DNA of 32,000 nt, from positions 1,760,603 through 1,792,602 of the forward strand of contig NC_001263.1 in assembly GCF_000008565.1 (NCBI RefSeq), read 5' to 3'. This DNA comes from Deinococcus radiodurans R1 = ATCC 13939 = DSM 20539 (lineage in GTDB: Bacteria; Deinococcota; Deinococci; Deinococcales; Deinococcaceae). The notes under the pieces were generated by a model, which was not told the DNA's origin, ran no database searches, and saw only the letters and a list, made by a program, of their open reading frames with translations. This document shows, piece after piece, positions 1 to 11,165 of the stretch (its first letter is position 1; each line of letters opens with the position of its first letter). The position numbers and the translations under genes are program-made.

Positions 1-1
1 A

Positions 2-658
2 TCAACCATCCACGTCTCCCCCGACGACCAGACCCTCACCGTTTCCGCCGATACCCCGCTGCTCGACGTGTACGCCGCACTGCCCCCCGGCCTGTTTCCA
101 CCGTTTCCCCCGGTGGAATTACCGGGCGGCGTGGGTGGCCTCGTCTCACGCGGCGGCTTCGGGCAGAATTTCTTTTTCGGAGCGGAGGTGCTGGGCGTGA
201 CTTTCCGCGCCCCAAGCGGGCGGGTCGTGAAGGCCGGCGGGCGCACCGTGAAAAACGTGCAGGGCTACGACCTGACGCGGCCTTTCGTGGGCAGTTTCGG
301 CGCCCTGGGCGAGGCGTTGGAGATTCACCTGCGCCTGCGCCCCGGCCTCTGCATGCGCCACGTCGCGGCTTCGGGGCGGCTGGCCGACTTGCCGCCGACC
401 TCCGCCCGCTTCGTGTGGGAAGCGCAGGGACAGGTTCACTTGCTGCATTTCGGTCACGAGCGCGAGGTGGAGCGGGCGCTGAGCGTGCTGCCGGGCGCAG
501 TGGAAATCACAGGCGGGCAGGACTTGAGCGCTCCTTTCCCAGACGGCGTGGGCGTCGGTGAAGGTGGCCCACTCCGCGACCTGCGGTTCGGCTGGGTGAA
601 CGGTGCAGCGCGGCCTGAGGTTCCGGCGTTGTTCGGGCGGCTGGCGGCGAGTTTGTAA
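2..658 (+). CDS. FAD-linked oxidase, GlcE-like (C-terminal part; the 5' end lies outside the window)
   Basis: The frame is open from the window edge ([21 protein letters not shown]...) and ends at TAA 656-658. The motif [36 protein letters not shown] is typical of the FAD-binding domain of glycolate-oxidase GlcE/GlcD-type enzymes. Confidence 0.7.
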   Translation, partial: STIHVSPDDQTLTVSADTPLLDVYAALPPGLFPPFPPVELPGGVGGLVSRGGFGQNFFFGAEVLGVTFRAPSGRVVKAGGRTVKNVQGYDLTRPFVGSFGALGEALEIHLRLRPGLCMRHVAASGRLADLPPTSARFVWEAQGQVHLLHFGHEREVERALSVLPGAVEITGGQDLSAPFPDGVGVGEGGPLRDLRFGWVNGAARPEVPALFGRLAASL

Positions 659-677
659 GGCACTTCGCACCAAAAAA

Positions 678-708
678 AAGGCCCTGCTCTACTTGCGAGC
701 AGGGCCTT
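678..708. terminator. Bidirectional intrinsic terminator hairpin between convergent genes
   Basis: A perfect 12-bp stem aaggccctgctc / gagcagggcctt has a 7-nt loop. It is preceded by A8 (672-679), which reads as a U-run on the minus strand, so it fits best as the terminator of the 722-3239 operon. Confidence 0.65.
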
Positions 709-721
709 CTGGCAACGGGCT

Positions 722-1360
722 TTACTCCTTGTAATAGGAAGCCGGCACCTTGAGGAGCAACTGCTGAGCGGCGTTGTTCAGCATCTGCGAGATAGCGGCT
801 TCAAGCTGAGGGCTCGACTGCGCGCCGACATTCACGGGCAGCAGGCCGCTGACGTTGAAGTTGTTGCCTTCCGCCTTGCCCTGCACCTGGGTCGCGCCGA
901 TGATGCGGCGGGTCTTGGCGTCTACGATGCGCAGGTCCATGGCGATGGTGCTGCTCTTTTTGCCGACTGACACGCCCATGAACGACAGCCCACCGCTGGA
1001 CGCCTGGGGTTCGTACTGCGTGATGGCACCGAAAATCAGCACGTCCGCACCCTGGAAGGTCGCGCCGCCGTTGAGGAAGGCTTCTTCGGTCAGCTGAGCT
1101 GTGTTTTCACGCTCGTACACGGCGAATTTGCCAGTGTTGAGCAGAGCGGTGGTCAGGGCGTCGCCGATGCCCTCGCCCAGGCCGCCGTAGCACTTCTCGG
1201 CCTTGCACTTCAGGCTACCGACGGCAATGTTGACCTGGCCCTGGGGCAGGGCGGGGGCCGCCGCCACCGGAGCGGGGGTAGGGGCCGCCGCCGTCTGAGC
1301 AACGGCAACAGGGGCGACGAGGAAGGCGGTAGCGAGGACAGCAGTCAAGACTTTTTTCAT
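722..1360 (-). CDS. CsgG-family (COG1462-like) secreted protein
   Basis: I chose the internal ATG at 1360 (MKKVLTAVLATAFLVAPVAVAQ signal peptide, GGAG-type RBS upstream). The CsgG-like pattern is LGEGIGDALTTALLNTGKFAVYERENTAQL ... GADVLIFGAITQYEP ... MDLRIVDAKTRRIIG. The upstream part of the 276-aa track ORF overlaps the previous gene and is rejected. Confidence 0.8.
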   Translation of the reverse strand: MKKVLTAVLATAFLVAPVAVAQTAAAPTPAPVAAAPALPQGQVNIAVGSLKCKAEKCYGGLGEGIGDALTTALLNTGKFAVYERENTAQLTEEAFLNGGATFQGADVLIFGAITQYEPQASSGGLSFMGVSVGKKSSTIAMDLRIVDAKTRRIIGATQVQGKAEGNNFNVSGLLPVNVGAQSSPQLEAAISQMLNNAAQQLLLKVPASYYKE

Positions 1361-1395
1361 AACAGACTCCAGAAGGAAGTGAGAAGGCGAAAGGT

Positions 1396-2097
1396 TCAGA
1401 AATCCCCGGTCAGACCGGGCGCAGGCAGAGGAAAACCGGGAAGTGGCAGGCCGCCGCCACCTTCGGGGAAGCCACCAGACAGGCCGGACGCACCCGCCGC
1501 AGCCGCCGCGCCGCGCTGGTCGAGCGGCAGTTCGTAGCGCGACACGACGCACAGGCCCTGCTCGCCGAGGCTGACGAGGCGGTGCCCGGTGATGCGCCCG
1601 CCGCGCAGCAGGGCTTCCGAGCGGGCGGACGTGGCGCTGTAGACGGTCTCGACGGCCACGTTGGAGAGGTTGAGTTCGTTGTTCCTGACGGTGGTCGCGG
1701 TGCTGTCCACGCTGCCTTCGCCCTTCACCGTCCGCACCCGGACCCCGTTCAGGGCTTCGGCGGCGGCGCCCATGGCTTTCAGATCGGCTTTCTGCACCGC
1801 TGGGGTCAGCGCCATCACGCCTTTGGCCTTGTACAGCACGGCGGGCACGACCCCGAATCCGTAGACCCGCAACGTGTCGTTTTTGCCGTCGTGGTCGGCG
1901 TCATACGGCGTGGTGGCCGGGGCCATGCACTGCATCAGCATGTTCAGGGCATCTACTGGAGTGATTTGCTGCTGCTGCACGGTGTAACTCTGCTTGATGC
2001 CTTCGGACTTGACGAACTGCTGCGGCGTCACGGGCGTGCTGTCCTGCGCGAATGCCATTCCAGCGAGGCAAAGCAAGGGGAGAAAAACTTTTTTCAT
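1396..2097 (-). CDS. Secreted hypothetical protein, LPP20-like segment plus Gly/Pro-rich C-terminal tail
   Basis: ATG at 2097 is preceded by GAAGGAG. The signal peptide is MKKVFLPLLCLAGMAFAQD. The gene lies 11 nt after the upstream gene and 35 nt before the CsgG-like gene. The segment KADLKAMGAAAEALNGVRV resembles LPP20-type lipoproteins, but that product call is weak. Confidence 0.65.
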   Translation of the reverse strand: MKKVFLPLLCLAGMAFAQDSTPVTPQQFVKSEGIKQSYTVQQQQITPVDALNMLMQCMAPATTPYDADHDGKNDTLRVYGFGVVPAVLYKAKGVMALTPAVQKADLKAMGAAAEALNGVRVRTVKGEGSVDSTATTVRNNELNLSNVAVETVYSATSARSEALLRGGRITGHRLVSLGEQGLCVVSRYELPLDQRGAAAAAGASGLSGGFPEGGGGLPLPGFPLPAPGLTGDF

Positions 2098-2108
2098 AGC
2101 AAGCTCCT

Positions 2109-3239
2109 TCAGAAGGAAACGACGATTTCGCCGGCGCTGACGCCCGTGACCTTGAGACCAAGGTCTTCGAGCATGGTGGCGAGGTCTTCCGGCGAACCGT
2201 CGAACTCGACCTCGGCCAGTGCGCCCGCCGCGTCGAATTGCCGACTTAGGGCTGCGTTGACGCCCTGAGAACTGCGCAGGGCCGCGAGAACGTCACTGAA
2301 GGCCTTAAAACTCGGCGCGCCGTTTAGCCGGACGGTGAAGGTGCGCGAGGCCGCTTTGCCGCTGCCGCTGAGCCAGTTGAGCAGCGCGCCGGGCAGGTTG
2401 GGGGCCGCCGTTTTCGCCACGTTTTGCAGGGCGGTTTTGCCGGCCACCGAGTCGGTCGCCGCCAGCCCGGTGCCGGTAAAGGCGTCGCTGAAAATCACCT
2501 GCGCGGTTGCCAGGTCAATGGCCTTGAGTTCCAGCCGGGCGGTGTAGGCGCGCTGGCTCAGCACATTGCCGTATTCCTCGGCAAAGGCCTCGCCGGTAAT
2601 CAGCAGGTCGGCCTGGTAGCGGGTCGCCAGTTCCTTGAGGCCCTGCGCCGACACCGTGCCGCGCAGCTGGTCACGCACGTTGTTCTGCTCAGCCTGTTTC
2701 AGGTCCACGACGCGGTAGCCGGCGGCGACCAGCGCCCGCACGATTTCGGTTTCGGCGGCGGGGTCGGGGGTGGGGCGGCGCAGAATCTGCTCGGGAATTG
2801 CCACGATGATGCGCGGGTCGCCCTTGCGAGTCAGGAAAGCTTTGAGCTCGTGTTCCAGGCTCGGACGGGCCACCGCGACCCTCACGGATACGGTGTAGAC
2901 GTTGCCCTGCTGCCCTTCGGTGACCACTTGCACCACACGCCCGAAACCGTCCGAGCGCTTCATCAACTGCTGCTGGAAGCGCTCGAATTCGTCAGTAGTT
3001 TTCAGCGACGTGGACTCGCTGACATAAGCGCCGAGCACCTGCTCCACCGCGCTTCTGACCGCGTTGTCCAGGGCGGCTTGCCGGGCACTGGCCGGAGTCG
3101 AGGTCACCATCGCCTGCCCGGTGACCTGCACAATCTGTTCGCCGGACGGCGCCGGCCCAGCTGCGAGGCTCACCGGCCCTGCCAGTGCACCGACGGCCAG
3201 TCCCAGGCTGAGCACTTTGGCTCGGAGAGATACACGCAT
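2109..3239 (-). CDS. Secreted three-module protein, FlgT-like architecture (LPP20/FlgT_N-like, TolB-N/CsgG-like, small C-terminal domain)
   Basis: The signal peptide is MRVSLRAKVLSLGLAVGALAGPVSLAAG. The N-terminal module contains ARQAALDNAVRSAVEQVLG. The middle alpha/beta module contains PRIIVAIPEQ...VAAGYRVVD...ADLLITGEA...RLELKAIDLATAQVI. It is the first gene of a tight three-gene operon. The product call is by-eye inference. Confidence 0.65.
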   Translation of the reverse strand: MRVSLRAKVLSLGLAVGALAGPVSLAAGPAPSGEQIVQVTGQAMVTSTPASARQAALDNAVRSAVEQVLGAYVSESTSLKTTDEFERFQQQLMKRSDGFGRVVQVVTEGQQGNVYTVSVRVAVARPSLEHELKAFLTRKGDPRIIVAIPEQILRRPTPDPAAETEIVRALVAAGYRVVDLKQAEQNNVRDQLRGTVSAQGLKELATRYQADLLITGEAFAEEYGNVLSQRAYTARLELKAIDLATAQVIFSDAFTGTGLAATDSVAGKTALQNVAKTAAPNLPGALLNWLSGSGKAASRTFTVRLNGAPSFKAFSDVLAALRSSQGVNAALSRQFDAAGALAEVEFDGSPEDLATMLEDLGLKVTGVSAGEIVVSF

Positions 3240-3430
3240 GACAGCAGTATCATGAGACGTTTCTGACAGGCGACTTATTTTTTAACCCACGCTGGCTTTA
3301 AGACTGGCCGCAGGAGCGTGCGAACGCTTTTTATTGTTTGTCAGCAAGGTTCACGCCCTGCAAGGCACTCTGGGAAACTCCGAACGGCGTGACAATCGGT
3401 CAGATTATTAATGGTTCTGTGCCCACTTGG

Positions 3431-3452
3431 CGTGTCATAAAAATGTGACACG
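3431..3452. promoter_or_regulatory. Inverted repeat CGTGTCA-N8-TGACACG in the divergent promoter region (candidate operator)
   Basis: Perfect 7-bp arms flank an AT-rich 8-nt spacer (taaaaatg). The repeat lies about 100 nt upstream of the CpdB-like start, in the 316-bp intergenic region. Confidence 0.3.
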
Positions 3453-3555
3453 CTTCTCTCTTCAGCTTTTGCTGACTGGCTCCGTGGCTGGGAAAAGGCA
3501 GAAAGCCTCGGCGCTCGACAGACGCCGCGCTGACACCTGCGCTTATCATGCGGGG

Positions 3556-5463
<1,908 letters not shown>

Positions 5464-5477
5464 AGGTGAGTGCTTGA

Positions 5478-5512
5478 GGGGGCCGGGGCGGAAGCTGCCG
5501 GCTCCCTTTTTT
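5478..5512 (+). terminator. Intrinsic terminator of the CpdB-like gene
   Basis: A 9-bp stem gggggccgg / ccggctccc (one G-U pair) has an 11-nt loop and is followed by T6 at 5507-5512. Confidence 0.65.
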
Positions 5513-5518
5513 GTTGGC

Positions 5519-5848
5519 GCTTTGGCTTGAGCTTTTGGCCCCATCCCCCCGCCCCTTACCCCAAAGGGGCAAAGGGGAGCTGACGTTGGCACTGGGCAAA
5601 TGGCAGTGATGGCGCTTAACGGGCAGTGTTCTTCAAGTGCATGGGTTGGTCTGGATGCTCGTGAGTTCTGAGGACGCGAGGCCCGTGCGCTTTCAGCGCC
5701 CGACGGCCCTGGCGTTCTGCGTTTCACGATTTTCTGTGGACGGCGGATAGAAAAGCCGAAGCTCAAGCATTTTTTGACCCTCTCCCTGGGGAGAGGGCCT
5801 TTGCGCAGCAAAGGGGTGAGGGGAGTCTTTTCCTGTCAAATGCTCCAG
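5519..5848. repeat. Composite small non-coding repeat, copy A (long module plus a terminal CTGGAGCATTTGACA-type module)
   Basis: Copy A aligns over about 300 bp with the reverse complement of 10851-11157. Shared blocks include gctttggcttgagctttt, ccccttaccccaaaggggcaa, gacgttggcactgggca, ctcgtgagttct, gacgcgaggcccgtgcgct, cccgacggccctggcgttctgcgtttc, gaccctctcc and cctttgcgcagcaaaggggtgaggg. It contains several perfect short hairpins. Confidence 0.85.
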
Positions 5849-5853
5849 ACCCC

Positions 5854-6558
5854 TTACCTCCCTCCAAAACCCCAGCGCGGATTCCACTGCACGGGGCCGC
5901 TCAGCTGCACCCGCTTTTCCGGCTGGGGCTGCTCGTCGCAGGCGGGGCGGGCTTCTTCCTGGCGGGCGAGCGGCCACAGGCTGGCAACGGCGCGGCTGTC
6001 CACGTCCCAGGCAGGGACCGGGCCGAAGACGCGGCTGTCGAGGCTGCCGCCGGGGCTGCGGTTGTCGCCCATCACGAAGTAATGCGCGGCGGGAACTTTC
6101 AGCGGCGGCGTGTTGGCGAGGTCACTGCCGGTGTCGTGGCAAAACGCCGCCCAGTAATTCAGCGTGCGGGGCTCGGGCACGGGCTGGCCGTTGACATACA
6201 GAGTTCCGGCCCGCACCTGCACGGTGTCGCCCGGCAGACCGACCACCCGTTTCACGAGGTAGGGGCGATACGCCCAGGGCAAGTTCACGCCCCGGTAAAC
6301 GTTCGTCCACTCGTAAGCAGCGCTGCGGGGCGGCTTGAACACCACGACGTCGCCGCGCTGGTACTCGCCCAGACCCAGGCGGTGCACCCAGCCCTCGGCT
6401 TTGGGCAGCGCCAGCCACTCGCCGTGGCGCAGGGCGGGCAGCATACTCGCGCCGTCCACCCGCACCGCCGAGGCGCCGAACTGCGTGACGAGCAGCGCCC
6501 AGCACACCGGCCCCGCCCACTCGCGCCAGAAGCGCCGCACACCGGCGGGGCGTTTCAT
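5854..6558 (-). CDS. lepB: Signal peptidase I
   Basis: Catalytic-box motifs are present: GASMLPAL (Ser), VKRVVGLPGD (Lys) and VMGDNRSPGGSLDSRVFG (box E). The start overlaps the upstream ORF's stop as ATGA. Confidence 0.9.
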   Translation of the reverse strand: MKRPAGVRRFWREWAGPVCWALLVTQFGASAVRVDGASMLPALRHGEWLALPKAEGWVHRLGLGEYQRGDVVVFKPPRSAAYEWTNVYRGVNLPWAYRPYLVKRVVGLPGDTVQVRAGTLYVNGQPVPEPRTLNYWAAFCHDTGSDLANTPPLKVPAAHYFVMGDNRSPGGSLDSRVFGPVPAWDVDSRAVASLWPLARQEEARPACDEQPQPEKRVQLSGPVQWNPRWGFGGR

Positions 6559-6917
6559 CGCGGCGCCTCCTGAACGATGTCCGTGTGGGGCACCTGATGG
6601 GGCGTTTGGGTCTGCACCGCGTAGGCCGCGCCGCCGAGGGCCACGCCCACCAGCAGCCAGCGGCGCAGCGGGGCGAGCAGATGGACGCGGGCAAGCCCCA
6701 ACGCCAGGTGCCAGGGCGGGCCGAGGTCAGACAGTGCCGTGTCCCAGGCCGCCGCTTCGTCCAGCCCGCGCAATTCGGCGTCGAGCCGGGTCTGCCAGAG
6801 GTTCGCCAGCAGTTCAGCGGTCACGTCTTCCCGCACGCCGCACGGCAGCAGGGCGGTGGCCCGGCGTAGGGCCTGACTCACCTGGGACGGCACACTCCCC
6901 AACTCCCCCTTCACCAC
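6555..6917 (-). CDS. Hypothetical single-pass membrane protein, PadR-associated (DUF1700-like by position and shape)
   Basis: The GTG start at 6917 overlaps the padR stop by 7 nt, and the stop overlaps the lepB ATG by 4 nt. A soluble N-terminal region is followed by one hydrophobic helix (WLLVGVALGGAAYAV). I recognised no motif. Confidence 0.6.
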   Translation of the reverse strand: MVKGELGSVPSQVSQALRRATALLPCGVREDVTAELLANLWQTRLDAELRGLDEAAAWDTALSDLGPPWHLALGLARVHLLAPLRRWLLVGVALGGAAYAVQTQTPHQVPHTDIVQEAPR

Positions 6918-7228
6918 AGGCTCCTCAGCGCCTCGTCGAAGCTGCGGTAGCTCTCGCGGCGGCGCCCGAGTTCGGCGCGGCCCGCGTCGGTCAGCAGGTA
7001 GGTCTTGACCGGCGGCCCGCCCCGCGCCGGGGTCACGCTGCTCGCGGTCAGGAACCCGGCGCGTTCCAGGCGGTGTAGGGCCGGGTAGAGGCTCCCGGCG
7101 TTGAGCCGAATTTCGCCCCCCGTTAGGGCGTCCACCCGCTTGCTGATGTCCTGGCCGTAGCCGCCTTCCCGCTCCAGCACACTGAGCAGAATCAGGTCGA
7201 GGTTGCCGCGCAACAGATTGAGGTCCAT
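6911..7228 (-). CDS. PadR-family transcriptional regulator
   Basis: I chose the ATG at 7228 ([18 protein letters not shown]...). The PadR winged-helix pattern is [10 protein letters not shown]...[16 protein letters not shown]. The longer track ORF runs into upstream non-coding sequence. Confidence 0.85.
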   Translation of the reverse strand: MDLNLLRGNLDLILLSVLEREGGYGQDISKRVDALTGGEIRLNAGSLYPALHRLERAGFLTASSVTPARGGPPVKTYLLTDAGRAELGRRRESYRSFDEALRSLW

Positions 7229-7303
7229 GTGGCTATCAGCTTCCGATATCAGAATCTGAGAATGGTGGGGAATATCCTCCCGCCGACCTCTCATTGCGGG
7301 CCG

Positions 7304-7434
7304 CTGGAGCAGTTCTCCGAATTACGCGTGCGTCGGAACAGCACCGCCACCCGCTCCATTCTCCGTCCTGCTCTGTGTTTTGCACTCGCTCCGCTCGCCA
7401 AAAAGCTGTGCCACCTTTTTGTCAAATGCTCTAG
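7304..7434. repeat. Small non-coding repeat family 2, copy 1 (MITE-like, termini CTGGAGCA...TGCTCTAG)
   Basis: This copy is near-identical to 15492-15641 in the same orientation (gagcagttctccgaattacgcgtgc.tcggaacagcaccgccacccgctccattct...gctcgccaaaaagctgtgcca.ctttttgtcaaatgctcta). Confidence 0.85.
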
Positions 7435-7444
7435 CCTCGGCGGT

Positions 7445-8713
7445 ATGCGTTTTCTTCCCCTTTTCGCCGGCCTGCTGCTCGTTTCTGCCCTGCCTCAAGC
7501 TCGGGCGCAGACCATCATTCCACTCGATTCGCGCCCGGCGACCCGCGTGCTGCCCGCGCAAATCGCGGGGCTGACGGGGGGCACGCCGCATGTTCCCGCC
7601 GCCGCGCAACTCGGCAACGCGGCGCAGGGGGCCGACGCCGCCGCGCTGCTCGCGTGGCTGGAGGCGCAGCCCAAAGACGGCCCGCTCGTCGTCTCGCTCG
7701 ACGCGCTCGCTTATGGCGGGCTGGTGGAGTCGCGGAGGAGTCCGCTGACAGCGGAGCAGGCCCTCGCCCACCTCGCGCCGCTGAAGGACTGGGCAGCGCG
7801 CAGCGGGCAGCCGGTCTACGCCTTCATCACCCTGCCGCGTGAACCCGACGCCACTGACCGGGCGCGCAATCTGGCGGTGGTGCGCGAGGTGATGGCGTGG
7901 GCGGGGAGCGGCTCATTCAAAGAACTGCACGTCACCTGGGACGACGCGCTGAAGGGCAGCCCCGCTCCGGCAGAGGGCGCCGAACTGGCAAAAACGGCCC
8001 CCGCCAACGTGCGCGTCTACCCCGGCGCCGACGAAGTTGCCTCGCTGCTGGTGGCGCGGGCGCTCGCTCCGGTGGCGCAGACGGTGCGGTTCGAATACAG
8101 CGACCCCAAAAAGGCTTCCCAGGTCATCAAATACGAAGGTATTCCCCTCACCCAGAGCGCCCAGAACCACGCCGAGGCGAGCGGGTTCACCGTGACGGAG
8201 AATGGCCCCGCCGACCTCACCGTCTACGTCTACAACGGCGGCGACCCCCGGCAGGCGGCCCTGCGAGTCAGTGCCCTGCTGCGGCGCGGGCCGGTGGCGG
8301 TGGCGGACGTGAACGCCGTCAATCTCGGCAACGCCCGGCTGTGGCGCGACCTGCAAACCCTGCGCCAGAGCGCGAACCTGAAAGCCCTCGCCGCCTGGGG
8401 CACGCCCGGCAACAACCTCGGCACGGCGCTGGCCCACGCCAAACTCGCGCTCGCGGGCGCCGACCCGGTGAGGCAAGATGCCCTGCTCGCCCGCGAGTAC
8501 GCCAACGACGTGATTTACAGCGGCGAACTGCGCGCGGCCCTGCGAAAAGCCCTTCCCGAAAAGGAACTAAACACGCCCGCCGCCCAGGACGCCCTCTTCA
8601 AGCTCGCGCAGGACTCGTTTCCACTGCGGCTCGGCAACACCTACACGCTGGAAGACGCCGCCTTGCCCTGGGGCCGCTCGTTCGAGTGGGACTTCGACCT
8701 CAAGGCGAACTGA
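7445..8713 (+). CDS. Secreted protein, DUF4127-like
   Basis: The ATG at 7445 gives the signal peptide [34 protein letters not shown] near the N-terminus resembles DUF4127 proteins, but I made this family call from memory. The upstream part of the track ORF is a translated repeat. Confidence 0.65.
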   Translation: MRFLPLFAGLLLVSALPQARAQTIIPLDSRPATRVLPAQIAGLTGGTPHVPAAAQLGNAAQGADAAALLAWLEAQPKDGPLVVSLDALAYGGLVESRRSPLTAEQALAHLAPLKDWAARSGQPVYAFITLPREPDATDRARNLAVVREVMAWAGSGSFKELHVTWDDALKGSPAPAEGAELAKTAPANVRVYPGADEVASLLVARALAPVAQTVRFEYSDPKKASQVIKYEGIPLTQSAQNHAEASGFTVTENGPADLTVYVYNGGDPRQAALRVSALLRRGPVAVADVNAVNLGNARLWRDLQTLRQSANLKALAAWGTPGNNLGTALAHAKLALAGADPVRQDALLAREYANDVIYSGELRAALRKALPEKELNTPAAQDALFKLAQDSFPLRLGNTYTLEDAALPWGRSFEWDFDLKAN

Positions 8714-8735
8714 TACGGAGCTGAACTCTTCTTCA
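8713..8735. repeat. 23-bp remnant of the double-hairpin repeat (family 4)
   Basis: atacggagctgaactcttcttca is identical to the start of the 31296-31431 copy. It begins on the last base of the upstream stop codon. Confidence 0.55.
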
Positions 8736-8759
8736 AAGGGGTATCAGCCTTGCACGCGA

Positions 8760-8786
8760 CCTGCCGAGGCGGTCGTCCCCGGCAGG
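8760..8786. terminator. Hairpin between convergent genes
   Basis: The stem cctgccg / cggcagg (7 bp) has a 13-nt loop and is followed by cgctttcacttt. It is weak as a terminator. Confidence 0.35.
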
Positions 8787-8791
8787 CGCTT

Positions 8792-9157
8792 TCACTTTCC
8801 CGCGTAGCCCAGGCTGATTTCGCCCACGTACTCGTCGGCGAGGTCGCTGTCGGGGCCGGCGACAAAGACCAGCGCCATCTTTTTCTCGGTAACGCAGCGG
8901 AAATTGACGCTGTACTCCTCGTTGTCGGCGAAGATGCCGCTGCCGCCCACGACCTCGAAGTTCGCGGTAAAGCCGGCCGCCTTGACCGCTGCGGTCGCCC
9001 GTTGCAGGCACTGGCTGCGGGTTTCCTTGATGTCGAACCAGTTGCTCGACATCCCCACGCCCTGCGCGCCCACACTCTGCGCGAGCACCGCGCCGCCGAG
9101 CAGACAGGCCGCCAGCACCGCCGCCCGCTCCTTCACACCCCTTCGTGTGTTTTGCAT
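8792..9157 (-). CDS. Small secreted hypothetical protein
   Basis: The ATG at 9157 gives MQNTRRGVKERAAVLAACLLGGAVLAQSVGAQG (signal peptide). The track ORF extends upstream antisense to pgi, and I rejected that extension. Confidence 0.55.
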   Translation of the reverse strand: MQNTRRGVKERAAVLAACLLGGAVLAQSVGAQGVGMSSNWFDIKETRSQCLQRATAAVKAAGFTANFEVVGGSGIFADNEEYSVNFRCVTEKKMALVFVAGPDSDLADEYVGEISLGYAGK

Positions 9158-9208
9158 GGTCCAGAGTAGCGCGGCGCGGCCCTGACAGCAGCGGCGTATT
9201 CTGCCCCC

Positions 9209-10834
<1,626 letters not shown>

Positions 10835-10850
10835 GGGGTGGGAGGGGACG

Positions 10851-11157
10851 CCCCCTCACCCCTTTGCTCCGCAAAGGCCCTCTCCCACAAGGGGAGAGGG
10901 TCGGAAAGATGCTCTTGGTTTAGCCCTCTTATTCGCTGCCCCTCCGAAAAACTGCGAAACGCAGAACGCCAGGGCCGTCGGGCGCGTCAGCGCACGGGCC
11001 TCGCGTCCGTAGAACTCACGAGCCTCCAGACCACCCGCACTCGCGAAAAGCCGCCCGGCACGCGCCATTACCGCCAGGTGCCCAGTGCCAACGTCAACTC
11101 CCCTTGCCCCTTTGGGGTAAGGGGCTGGGGGATGGGGCTAAAAGCTCAAGCCAAAGC
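10851..11157. repeat. Composite small non-coding repeat, copy B (inverted relative to copy A, outer terminus truncated)
   Basis: This is the reverse complement of 5519-5823 with scattered substitutions and indels. It lacks the CTGGAGCATTTGACA terminus and abuts the pgi stop on one side and the MFS gene stop on the other. Confidence 0.85.
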
Positions 11158-11165
11158 TCTCAGCC

